Origin: an uncultured bacterium
Lineage (GTDB): Bacteria > Verrucomicrobiota > Kiritimatiellia > RFP12 > UBA1067
Direction: 5' to 3'
DNA: 64,000 nucleotides
Assembly: GCA_902779865.1 (NCBI GenBank)
Contig: CACZDG010000005.1
Location: 8,207-72,206 of the forward strand
The stretch's first letter is position 1; each line of letters opens with the position of its first letter. A model generated the notes under the pieces. It was not told the origin of the DNA, made no database searches, and saw only the letters and a program-made list of their open reading frames with translations. Made by a program: the position numbers and the translations under genes. Positions 37,974-46,662 of the stretch are shown here, piece by piece.

Positions 37974-38002
37974 ATAGTACCTCATTTGCTGCACCAAGTC
38001 AA
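37974..38002 (-). promoter_or_regulatory. tracrRNA promoter TTGACT-17 nt-TACTAT (minus strand)
   Basis: Reverse complement of 37997-38002 is TTGACT and of 37974-37979 is TACTAT, with exact 17-nt spacer. Divergent from and overlapping the cas9 5' region. Confidence 0.65.
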
Positions 38003-38019
38003 GAAGGAAAGGACAAAAA

Positions 38020-41000
38020 ATGAAAAAAACATTAGGTCTCGATTTAGGGTCGAATTCGCTTGGATGGGCGATTCTAGATGACATTACGGGGGACATCTTG
38101 GACAAGGGGGTGATCGTGTTCCCAGAGGGCGTTGACCTTGACGCGAAATCTTCGGCAGATACCCCGGCAGCCATTCGCCGTGCAGCGAGGATGGCGCGTC
38201 GCATGAAGTTCAGAAGGAAACTTCGCAAGTGGCATCTTCTCAATATCCTCATTGATGTCGGGATGTGTCCACTGACGCACGCCGAACTGGACGAGTGGAA
38301 AAAGACTGGCCGGTATCCGCTTGGCAACAAGGCTTTTCTTGAATGGCTCAAGGCCACTGACACCTCTAACCCATACTGTGACCGCGCAGCAGCGGCATCG
38401 GGGAAAGTGCCGCCCCTGACATTGGGAAGGGCGCTTTACCACATCGCCCAGAGGCGCGGGTTCAAGAGTTCGCGAAAAGACGAGGCCGATCTTGCGGACG
38501 AAACAGCAGGGCAGGAGAAGCAACTCGACAAGGAACTGGGTGCGGTCAAGACGGACATCGAGACCTTGACGAAAGAGATTGAGGCGGCGGGATGCAAAAC
38601 ACTTGGGCAGTATTTCTTCAAACTGCTCCAGAACGAAAAGGGAAAACTCGACAAGACGCGCATCCGCTGCAGATACACCGGACGGATCGAACACTACGAA
38701 AAGGAATTTGCCGTCATAATGGATGTTCAGGGGTACTCTTCCGGCGACGAATTGCGGACGAAATTATACAAAGCCATATTCAGCCAGCGCCCTTTACGAT
38801 CTCAAGCTCATTTGGTTGGGCCGTGTCCGCTTGAACCGCGTAATCCCCGCGTCCAGATTGGTCATCCAGCGTTTGAAGAGTTCCGCATGTTGGCATTTGT
38901 CAACAATCTATCCCTCGAGGACGCAGACGGGAACTGCCGAGACGAACAGGGCAATATTCTATACCCGCTTTCTGCAAAAGACTGCGAAGTCATTTGCTCG
39001 GCGTTCATGAAGGCTGCACCATCCATCAAGTTTGGTGATATCATCAAGTTGTTCAAGAAAGACCCGCGCTTCAAGTCACAGGGGCTCAGGTTCCATTACT
39101 ATCGTGCGGATGATTCAGTGGCGACATGCCAGACGCGCCACAAGATCAGGTCCGCGTTCGGAAGTGTACCCTACGATGAGCAGAAGGTGTTTGACGCTCT
39201 TACGTTCTTCGACGACAACGACAAGCTCAGCTCTTGGTTTCGAAAGCATTTCCCGGCTCTTGATGATGCGGCGGTTAAGAAGCTCGTCTCCATACACCCC
39301 AAGGAAGGTAATGCCAGTTACTCTCTGAAAGCCATCAACAAGATGCTTCCATTCCTGCGAAAGGGGTTTGAACTCTCGCAGGCTCGCTTTCTGGCGAAAC
39401 TTCCTGATGTCATTCCGGATTTCGCCGCAAACGAGCAGGCTATCTTGCAAGGCTTGGAGGAAAAGCGTTGGGCATTTCGCGAAGAACGCCGCCGATATGG
39501 AGAGATGGACTCCGCAGAACGCCGCAAAGCCCAAGCTCCGCAGCTCTTCGATTTTTATCAGAGATACCTCCTCGACAATTGGAATGTGACGGACGAGAAG
39601 TGGAAGCGGCTCTATCTTCATGGCGAAGGTACTTATGTAAAAGAGACCGAGTATAAATGCAATGGAACGAAAGTCCAGTTGGCACGCCCTCGTCTTCCTC
39701 CTGTGAAACTTGGAATGATCCGTAACCCGCTTGTGCAACGCGCGATGACCACGCTTCGCCGACTCGTTAACTACCTCGGCGACCACGGCAAGCTCGAAGA
39801 AACGGATACAATTCGGATTGAACTTGCCCGCACCGTCAACGACTTCGCCACCCGCAAGGCGTGGCAGGAATGGCAGAAGTCGCATCAGCGTATGCGCGCC
39901 GAGGCAGCTGCGGAGATCGCCAAGTTGGGTATCTCCGTCACGGAGGACGCCGTCGACCGCTATGTCCTCTGGAAGGAGCAGGACGGTATCTGCCTCTACA
40001 CCCATAGGACGATTAACGTGGCCGATCTATTTGCCGGAAACAAGTTCGACATCGAGCACACGATTCCTCGTTCGCTTTCCGGTGATGATTCGCTTGCCAA
40101 CAAGACCATCTGTGAGGCTGCCTACAATCGCCAGACGAAACAGGGGCGCATACCGCGCGAATGTCCAAACTGGGAAGAGATCGATACGATGCTCCGCCCG
40201 TGGCGTGAGAAGGTGGAACAGCTAGAGAAGACCTACCGCAGCCAAACGCGAAGCGCACGAGTGAAGACGGATCCGTCCCAGCGGAGTCAGGCACGAGTGA
40301 AGTCACTCACTACGAAGTTTGAGTTGGCATACTGGCGCGACAAGCTCCGGCGTTTCGAGATAACCTCTGACAAACTGCAGTCGCCGGAATCTGGGTTGGG
40401 CGGGTTCAAGAAGCGCCAGCTCGTGGATACGGGCATCATGTGTTCGCATGCCGTCGAGCTGCTCCGCAGCGTCTATCCCGCTACGTTCTCGGTCAATGGC
40501 GCTGCAACAGCATTTGCCCGCAAGGCATGGGGCATACAGGGTGACGAGGCGAAGGACCGCACGGAACATACGCACCATGCAAAGGACGCCATGGTCATTG
40601 CGGCGCTTACCCCAGCACGCTTCACGGCCATTTGTACGGCGCTGAAGGATGACGGTGCGGAGCGGCGCCGTGAATGTGACGTTTGCCCGCCGCCATACGA
40701 AGGTTTTGCGGACAAAGTGCGCCATGCGTGTGAAGAGATACTTGTAAAGCATGTCATGCGGCAGACAACGCTTCGTCAGAGTTCCAAACGTAACGTGTTG
40801 GCGAAGGCGCATCCCCCCAAGGGAAATCCCGAGGGGCCTCTCGTCAAGGCCGTACTCTCACGCGGCGACACGGTGCGCGGCGCGTTGCACAAGGAAACAT
40901 TCTACGGGTGCATACAGACGCCAGGCCAAAAGGACAGGCAGTTCGTTGTCAGAAAGCCTCTTTTGGGGCCGGTCAAGGACGCGCAGGCCATCGTCAGCAA

Positions 41001-41703
41001 GATCATTGACCCCGCCATACGTGATATTGTAGATCGGCGGCTAAAGGAAATGGTGGCGAGTGGTGTGAAGAATGTTTCAGCAGGTGACATTCGGATGCCG
41101 TCGGGAGTGCCAATCAACAAGGTTAGGATTGCCGCCAAGACGACTAATCCCTCCACATTGCGCGATCATGTGATGCCATCCGTTCAAGCCTACAAAACGC
41201 CCTATTACGTGACATCCGCCGAAGGGAGCAATTTCCGGTTGGGGCTTTTCAGTGAAGCAGGACGAATGTTCGCTATTCCCGACAATTCACTTGATTGGGC
41301 ACAGAACCACAAACGTTCGGACTACCGCCCGTTGGACCTACGTCCAGGATTTATTGGATATGTTAAGCCAGGAACTATGGCATTGGCTTATCATGAAGGT
41401 CATTTGGAAGAACTGGAAGCAATGTCGAGCGCTGATCTGCGTAAGCGTCTTTATAAGGTTGTGAAATTTGAAAGCAGTGGACGCATTACTTTACGATTCC
41501 ATTGTGAGGCTCGTACCAGTACGGTACTTGAGGGGGAACTCGCCGCCGCTGGATTCAACAAGAAAGGAGAATCAAGGATAAATTATGACGTTCCGAATCG
41601 TCTGCTCTTGTTAAGTCCAGGTACATACACCAAGCAGGTGCTTTTCGAGGGTATCCACTTCCGCATGATGTTGGACGGCTCCATCCAGTTCATCAAGAAG
41701 TGA
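38020..41703 (+). CDS. cas9: Cas9 endonuclease, type II-C architecture (1227 aa)
   Basis: RuvC-I GLDLGSNSLGWAIL. Arg-rich bridge helix AAIRRAARMARRMKFRRKLRK. HNH DIEHTIPRSLSGDDSLANKTICEAAYNRQTK. RuvC-III HHAKDAMVIAAL. Followed by cas1-cas2 only. Confidence 0.95.
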   Translation: MKKTLGLDLGSNSLGWAILDDITGDILDKGVIVFPEGVDLDAKSSADTPAAIRRAARMARRMKFRRKLRKWHLLNILIDVGMCPLTHAELDEWKKTGRYPLGNKAFLEWLKATDTSNPYCDRAAAASGKVPPLTLGRALYHIAQRRGFKSSRKDEADLADETAGQEKQLDKELGAVKTDIETLTKEIEAAGCKTLGQYFFKLLQNEKGKLDKTRIRCRYTGRIEHYEKEFAVIMDVQGYSSGDELRTKLYKAIFSQRPLRSQAHLVGPCPLEPRNPRVQIGHPAFEEFRMLAFVNNLSLEDADGNCRDEQGNILYPLSAKDCEVICSAFMKAAPSIKFGDIIKLFKKDPRFKSQGLRFHYYRADDSVATCQTRHKIRSAFGSVPYDEQKVFDALTFFDDNDKLSSWFRKHFPALDDAAVKKLVSIHPKEGNASYSLKAINKMLPFLRKGFELSQARFLAKLPDVIPDFAANEQAILQGLEEKRWAFREERRRYGEMDSAERRKAQAPQLFDFYQRYLLDNWNVTDEKWKRLYLHGEGTYVKETEYKCNGTKVQLARPRLPPVKLGMIRNPLVQRAMTTLRRLVNYLGDHGKLEETDTIRIELARTVNDFATRKAWQEWQKSHQRMRAEAAAEIAKLGISVTEDAVDRYVLWKEQDGICLYTHRTINVADLFAGNKFDIEHTIPRSLSGDDSLANKTICEAAYNRQTKQGRIPRECPNWEEIDTMLRPWREKVEQLEKTYRSQTRSARVKTDPSQRSQARVKSLTTKFELAYWRDKLRRFEITSDKLQSPESGLGGFKKRQLVDTGIMCSHAVELLRSVYPATFSVNGAATAFARKAWGIQGDEAKDRTEHTHHAKDAMVIAALTPARFTAICTALKDDGAERRRECDVCPPPYEGFADKVRHACEEILVKHVMRQTTLRQSSKRNVLAKAHPPKGNPEGPLVKAVLSRGDTVRGALHKETFYGCIQTPGQKDRQFVVRKPLLGPVKDAQAIVSKIIDPAIRDIVDRRLKEMVASGVKNVSAGDIRMPSGVPINKVRIAAKTTNPSTLRDHVMPSVQAYKTPYYVTSAEGSNFRLGLFSEAGRMFAIPDNSLDWAQNHKRSDYRPLDLRPGFIGYVKPGTMALAYHEGHLEELEAMSSADLRKRLYKVVKFESSGRITLRFHCEARTSTVLEGELAAAGFNKKGESRINYDVPNRLLLLSPGTYTKQVLFEGIHFRMMLDGSIQFIKK

Positions 41704-41709
41704 CATTTG

Positions 41710-42609
41710 ATGATTGCCCGAACACTTTCATTCGGTTCTCCCGGGAAACTCTCCATTGCTCATAGACAGCTTGTCTATGATGGCGATGGAGGGATTCACC
41801 GAACCTTCCCCGTGGAGGATATCGGCTTTGTCATAATTGAAACTGGACAGATGGTTGTCACGACATCGTGCCTGCAGGCATTGGCAGACCAGAACGTAGC
41901 CGTAGTCATTTGCGACGACAAGCATGTGCCGTCCGCCCAGCTGTTGCCGTTTGCCGCTCATTCTACGGCACAGGAAACAGTAGAGGCTCAACTCGCCGCT
42001 ACGCCTGCGGTACAAGGTAGGTTGTGGCGACAGATTGTCCGGGCCAAACTCCTTAACCAGTCAGAGTTGCTTGTTCGGTTAGGTCGCCCAAATGCGCTTC
42101 GACTAAAGACATTGGCGGACGAAGTGAAGAATGGCGATCCGTCAAACTGTGAAGCGCAGGGGGCACGTATCTATTTCCAGACAATCAGGACGGATGCAGA
42201 TTTTCTGCGTGACCAGGAAGGCGACGGATTGAATGCCGCACTCAATTACGGTTACGCCGTTTTGCGTGCGGCGGTCGCACGGGCGTTGGTCGGATCAGGA
42301 CTCGTCTGTTTCAGGGGTGTACATCATCATAACCGTTACAATCCCTTCTGTTTGGCGGATGATGTGATGGAGCCGTATCGACCTTTCGTCGATCAATACG
42401 TGTTTGGAGATACCGATGGCGTGTTTGAAAACATTGACGACGGCCTGACCCGCCCCATGAAAGCCAGGCTTCTTCAGATGCTGACATGCGACGTCCGGAT
42501 TGGGTCGGTGAAACGTCCGTTGATGTTGGGCGTGACATCTACTACAGCATCCATCGCCAAGTATTATCTCGGCAAGACGAAGGAACTCGCCTTGCCCTCA
42601 TTCGTATGA
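41710..42609 (+). CDS. cas1: CRISPR-associated endonuclease Cas1 (type II)
   Basis: NAALNYGYAVLRAAVARAL, GVHHHNRYNPFCLADDVMEPYRPFVD. ATG at 41710 (a TTG at 41707 is also possible). Confidence 0.95.
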   Translation: MIARTLSFGSPGKLSIAHRQLVYDGDGGIHRTFPVEDIGFVIIETGQMVVTTSCLQALADQNVAVVICDDKHVPSAQLLPFAAHSTAQETVEAQLAATPAVQGRLWRQIVRAKLLNQSELLVRLGRPNALRLKTLADEVKNGDPSNCEAQGARIYFQTIRTDADFLRDQEGDGLNAALNYGYAVLRAAVARALVGSGLVCFRGVHHHNRYNPFCLADDVMEPYRPFVDQYVFGDTDGVFENIDDGLTRPMKARLLQMLTCDVRIGSVKRPLMLGVTSTTASIAKYYLGKTKELALPSFV

Positions 42610-42953
42610 CGCTTTGTTCGCAAACAGCACTGAACGGATACGCCATCATGTGGCTCTACGTCATGTTTGACCTGCCAACGGAGACGAAGCGACAACGACA
42701 TGACGCGACTAAGTTCCGGAAGGATTTACTTGAGGACGGCTTTTCGATGCACCAGTACTCGGTTTACATTCGGCACTGCGCGTCGTTGGAGTCCGCAAGT
42801 GTCCACATAGGGCGAATCAAGCGTTTTATTCCAGAAGAGGGTTTCGTGTCAATTCTCAAAGTGACCGACAAGCAATTCGGCGACACGATTAACTTACTCG
42901 GCCGGAAGCGCAAGCCCCGCCCTCCGGTGCCGGTTCAGCTTGAATTCTTCTGA
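42606..42953 (+). CDS. cas2: CRISPR-associated endoribonuclease Cas2
   Basis: ATGA overlap with cas1. YAIMWLYVMFDLPTETKRQRHDATKFRKDLLEDGFSMHQYSVYIRHC is typical of type II Cas2. Confidence 0.9.
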   Translation: MTLCSQTALNGYAIMWLYVMFDLPTETKRQRHDATKFRKDLLEDGFSMHQYSVYIRHCASLESASVHIGRIKRFIPEEGFVSILKVTDKQFGDTINLLGRKRKPRPPVPVQLEFF

Positions 42954-42999
42954 AAAAAAAGGCGCAGTACCGAAAACGGCACTGCGCATCCTCTTTTTT
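42953..42999. terminator. bidirectional Rho-independent terminator between cas2 and the array
   Basis: Stem GCGCAGTACCG/CGGCACTGCGC with loop AAAA. T6 follows on the plus strand after 6 nt. On the minus strand the stem is followed directly by C plus T8 (plus-strand A8 at 42953-42960). Confidence 0.7.
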
Positions 43000-43054
43000 C
43001 TCGCAACATAACCTTGGACTATGTGCTGTCAATAAAGGCCGAAAGTGGTCCAAT

Positions 43055-46000
43055 ATTGAAAGCGATAGCCAAAGAGCATCAAATCACAACAACTGATAAG
43101 CCATTGCGCAAGGCTGATAGATTGAAAGCGATAGCCAAAGAGCATCAAATCACAACGTTATCCTCGCCGTTTTGGGCATTGTGGTATTGAAAGCGATAGC
43201 CAAAGAGCATCAAATCACAACGGCACCCGGAACATCAGATAGGGGGAACGCATTGAAAGCGATAGCCAAAGAGCATCAAATCACAACACGGAAGGTAAAA
43301 GGGAAGTTGAAGAGGAAATTGAAAGCGATAGCCAAAGAGCATCAAATCACAACATACGCGCACGCGCGTAGCGGACCTTCGCCATTGAAAGCGATAGCCA
43401 AAGAGCATCAAATCACAACCGGACGAGATCATTGGTCTTTCGGAAGTTTATTGAAAGCGATAGCCAAAGAGCATCAAATCACAACTGTTTGGAAGGGAGC
43501 CTTTAGCATTAAGCTATTGAAAGCGATAGCCAAAGAGCATCAAATCACAACAGTCAAATCTACAGTCTGTTGAGACAAATATTGAAAGCGATAGCCAAAG
43601 AGCATCAAATCACAACACCAATAAACCTTCTCCTGTTTCCTCTCCATTGAAAGCGATAGCCAAAGAGCATCAAATCACAACACAAATTCACCTTCTCCTG
43701 TTTCCTCTCCCATTGAAAGCGATAGCCAAAGAGCATCAAATCACAACCCTGCGGCAAACATGCTCGATGCTGCTTACATTGAAAGCGATAGCCAAAGAGC
43801 ATCAAATCACAACCCCACTGGTACACAGCGCCGCGAGGGTCTAATTGAAAGCGATAGCCAAAGAGCATCAAATCACAACAACGTTGTCACGCATGCCACG
43901 ACATCTATATTGAAAGCGATAGCCAAAGAGCATCAAATCACAACCTCGGATCGCAAACGAAAGATTTATGGTTTATTGAAAGCGATAGCCAAAGAGCATC
44001 AAATCACAACCCTGTAGGCCCTGTGTCACCCGTCGGCCCATTGAAAGCGATAGCCAAAGAGCATCAAATCACAACAGTTGAACCGCGCATCGCGCTTTTC
44101 CGTCATTGAAAGCGATAGCCAAAGAGCATCAAATCACAACTAGCATGGTAGCATAGATAGTGAATTGCGCATTGAAAGCGATAGCCAAAGAGCATCAAAT
44201 CACAACATGCTTTGTTTGTTTCTAATATTGTCACGCATTGAAAGCGATAGCCAAAGAGCATCAAATCACAACTCGAACGCCTTATAGGTTGGGCGGGCAT
44301 TGATTGAAAGCGATAGCCAAAGAGCATCAAATCACAACCGCATGGTCGCAAAGGTAGTGTATTGCGCATTGAAAGCGATAGCCAAAGAGCATCAAATCAC
44401 ACTGCCGCTCGATTGAAAGCGATAGCCAAAGAGCATCAAATCACAACTCGGGGCTTGCGGGGAAGAAGTCCCTGCGGATTGAAAGCGATAGCCAAAGAGC
44501 ATCAAATCACAACCTATTCTGTCGCCGTCCCGCTTGCAAGCCTATTGAAAGCGATAGCCAAAGAGCATCAAATCACAACCGCATGGTCGCAAAGGTAGTG
44601 TATTGCGCATTGAAAGCGATAGCCAAAGAGCATCAAATCACATCAAATCACAACAAATACTATGAGGATTACAACTCCGCTGAATTGAAAGCGATAGCCA
44701 AAGAGCATCAAATCACAACATCCAGACCCTTTTGGACAATATTGGTTCATTGAAAGCGATAGCCAAAGAGCATCAAATCACAACTATGGGCGCGATACGT
44801 TCGCGGTCTCCTCTATTGAAAGCGATAGCCAAAGAGCATCAAATCACAACCGTGTCCTTGGAACGTCTTTTGATTTGTTCATTGAAAGCGATAGCCAAAG
44901 AGCATCAAATCACAACCTCCGATCGCAAACAAAAGATTTATGGTTTATTGAAAGCGATAGCCAAAGAGCATCAAATCACAACAGCCACTGCACGAAAGCA
45001 TCACGAGGGCAATTGAAAGCGATAGCCAAAGAGCATCAAATCACAACCGGCGCGGCGACCATGTGTTTGCAACGCGCATTGAAAGCGATAGCCAAAGAGC
45101 ATCAAATCACAACTCCTCCGGCTTGATGCGGTTCACCGCGCGATTGAAAGCGATAGCCAAAGAGCATCAAATCACAACGTGGTAGATAGTGTGTAGTATT
45201 GCAGTCGCATTGAAAGCGATAGCCAAAGAGCATCAAATCACAACAATGCCTCTGTCGGTCAGTTTAAGCAGTCCATTGAAAGCGATAGCCAAAGAGCATC
45301 AAATCACAACGTGGATGTCGTGGCGGTGGTGGCGGTGGCTATTGAAAGCGATAGCCAAAGAGCATCAAATCACAACATGGACGTGCCATTGGTCAACGGA
45401 TTTACTATTGAAAGCGATAGCCAAAGAGCATCAAATCACAACTGTGGCTTGCCCTTCTCTCTATATCTTCCTATTGAAAGCGATAGCCAAAGAGCATCAA
45501 ATCACAACTCGAGCAAGATTTGTTCGCGCTTGAGGACATTGAAAGCGATAGCCAAAGAGCATCAAATCACAACCTCATCGTCGCGTGGCGGCTGTTTAAG
45601 CGCATTGAAAGCGATAGCCAAAGAGCATCAAATCACAACCTTCTCGTAATCTTCGCCAGTCGCGCTTTATTGAAAGCGATAGCCAAAGAGCATCAAATCA
45701 CAACCCAGTTGAAAAGCGGGGCAAGGTTCGGAAAATTGAAAGCGATAGCCAAAGAGCATCAAATCACAACTATGTCTCCCGTGATACTGTCTTGCATTGG
45801 CATTGAAAGCGATAGCCAAAGAGCATCAAATCACAACCGCTCATGTATAAGGCGGTTTTCGATTCGCATTGAAAGCGATAGCCAAAGAGCATCAAATCAC
45901 AACGCGGTGACACAGAGGGCGGCGGTGATGATATTGAAAGCGATAGCCAAAGAGCATCAAATCACAACCGCACATACGCGAACGCGTATCAACCTCGCAT

Positions 46001-46165
46001 TGAAAGCGATAGCCAAAGAGCATCAAATCACAACGCGGTTGCGCCGCGCATTTCTTCGCCCTTATTGAAAGCGATAGCCAAAGAGCATCAAATCACAACA
46101 TATGCGGACATATAACCAAGGGACGCCACATTGAAAGCGATAGCCAAAGAGCATCAAATCACAAT
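43055..46165 (-). CRISPR. CRISPR array: 48 repeats of 36 bp, 47 spacers (mostly 29-30 bp); functional strand minus
   Basis: Plus-strand unit is ATTGAAAGCGATAGCCAAAGAGCATCAAATCACAAC. Its reverse complement GTTGTGATTTGATGCTCTTTGGCTATCGCTTTCAAT has the GTTGT...CAAT form of type II-C repeats and pairs with the predicted tracrRNA. The last repeat (46130-46165) carries one substitution. There are two aberrant repeats (44368, 44609). Confidence 0.97.
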
Positions 46166-46274
46166 GCAGAGTGGACATACGGATAGGATTCCGAAAGTCT
46201 TCTCTAACACAGAATTGTGCTCTGGCTAAATGGTCTTGAGTTTAGATTGTCAAAGATCTGCAGAAAACAATCCC

Positions 46275-46283
46275 ATTATACCA
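46275..46283 (-). promoter_or_regulatory. extended -10 element TGGTATAAT (minus strand) pointing into the array
   Basis: Plus strand ATTATACCA at 46275-46283, about 110 nt from the first transcribed repeat. A TTGACA (reverse complement of 46248-46253) lies further downstream but has only a weak -10. Confidence 0.5.
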
Positions 46284-46495
46284 TAAATGCTGGTGAAAAG
46301 ATAGGGGGTGTTACGTCGTTGGGTGTTTGCGGCGGCGCGGTTCTCGAGTATGCCCTGCCACCTCAGGCGCATAGTGACGCTGGAGTGGTGAGCGGTCAGT
46401 GTCGCCGCCTAGAAGGGTGCTTTCCATGCGGCGGCGGCTCGTTGAGACGACTCGCCCCACCGGTGGGTGTTCACAGTCGTACACCACGGAGGGTT

Positions 46496-46656
46496 TATAC
46501 CCCAGTATGAGGGGCTCGTACACCCCAGTATGAGAGCCTCTTACACCCCAGTATAAGATGCTCGTACACCCCAGTATAAGTGCCTCTTACACCCCAGTAT
46601 AAGGGGCTCGTACACTCCAGTGTAACAGGGCTTTGCACCCCAGTCCGCGTAAGCAG
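46496..46656 (+). repeat. seven direct repeats with 23-bp period (iteron-like), core TACACCCCAGTATAAG
   Basis: Core starts at 46519, 46542, 46565, 46588, 46611 and 46634, plus a degenerate copy at about 46496. Variable 7-nt linkers. Confidence 0.9.
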
Positions 46657-46662
46657 CGTACC

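Noticed and set aside
42954-43054. tracrRNA between cas2 and the array, a common II-C position.
   Set aside because: The 100-bp gap holds only the bidirectional terminator and has no stretch complementary to the repeat on either strand.
41704-43054. A fourth adaptation gene (csn2 or cas4) that would make the locus II-A or II-B.
   Set aside because: cas1 and cas2 fill the interval with overlapping junctions, and the array starts 100 bp after cas2. No additional ORF fits.
43172-46068. Numerous 60-180-aa ORFs with the recurring peptides LKAIAKEHQITT (plus strand) and CDLMLFGYRFQ (minus strand).
   Set aside because: They are translations of the CRISPR repeat. The periodic peptide is the 36-bp repeat read in frame.
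46196-46231. Possible additional decayed repeat one spacer-length beyond the last repeat, or a second tracrRNA in the 46.2-kb region.
   Set aside because: The sequence at the expected repeat position shares only about a third of positions with the repeat. The anti-repeat-like 15-mer has no nexus, hairpins or terminator behind it and runs straight into the array, unlike the candidate at 37897-37970.
46300-46495. GC-rich patch between the AT-rich array-proximal region and the iterons, considered as a small gene, tRNA-like element or att site. It contains the CCACCGGTGG palindrome and a CGCCGCC...GGCGGCG stem.
   Set aside because: The ORFs in it look non-coding, and no cloverleaf or known RNA motif could be folded by hand. 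It stays unexplained, with evidence too weak for a positive call.
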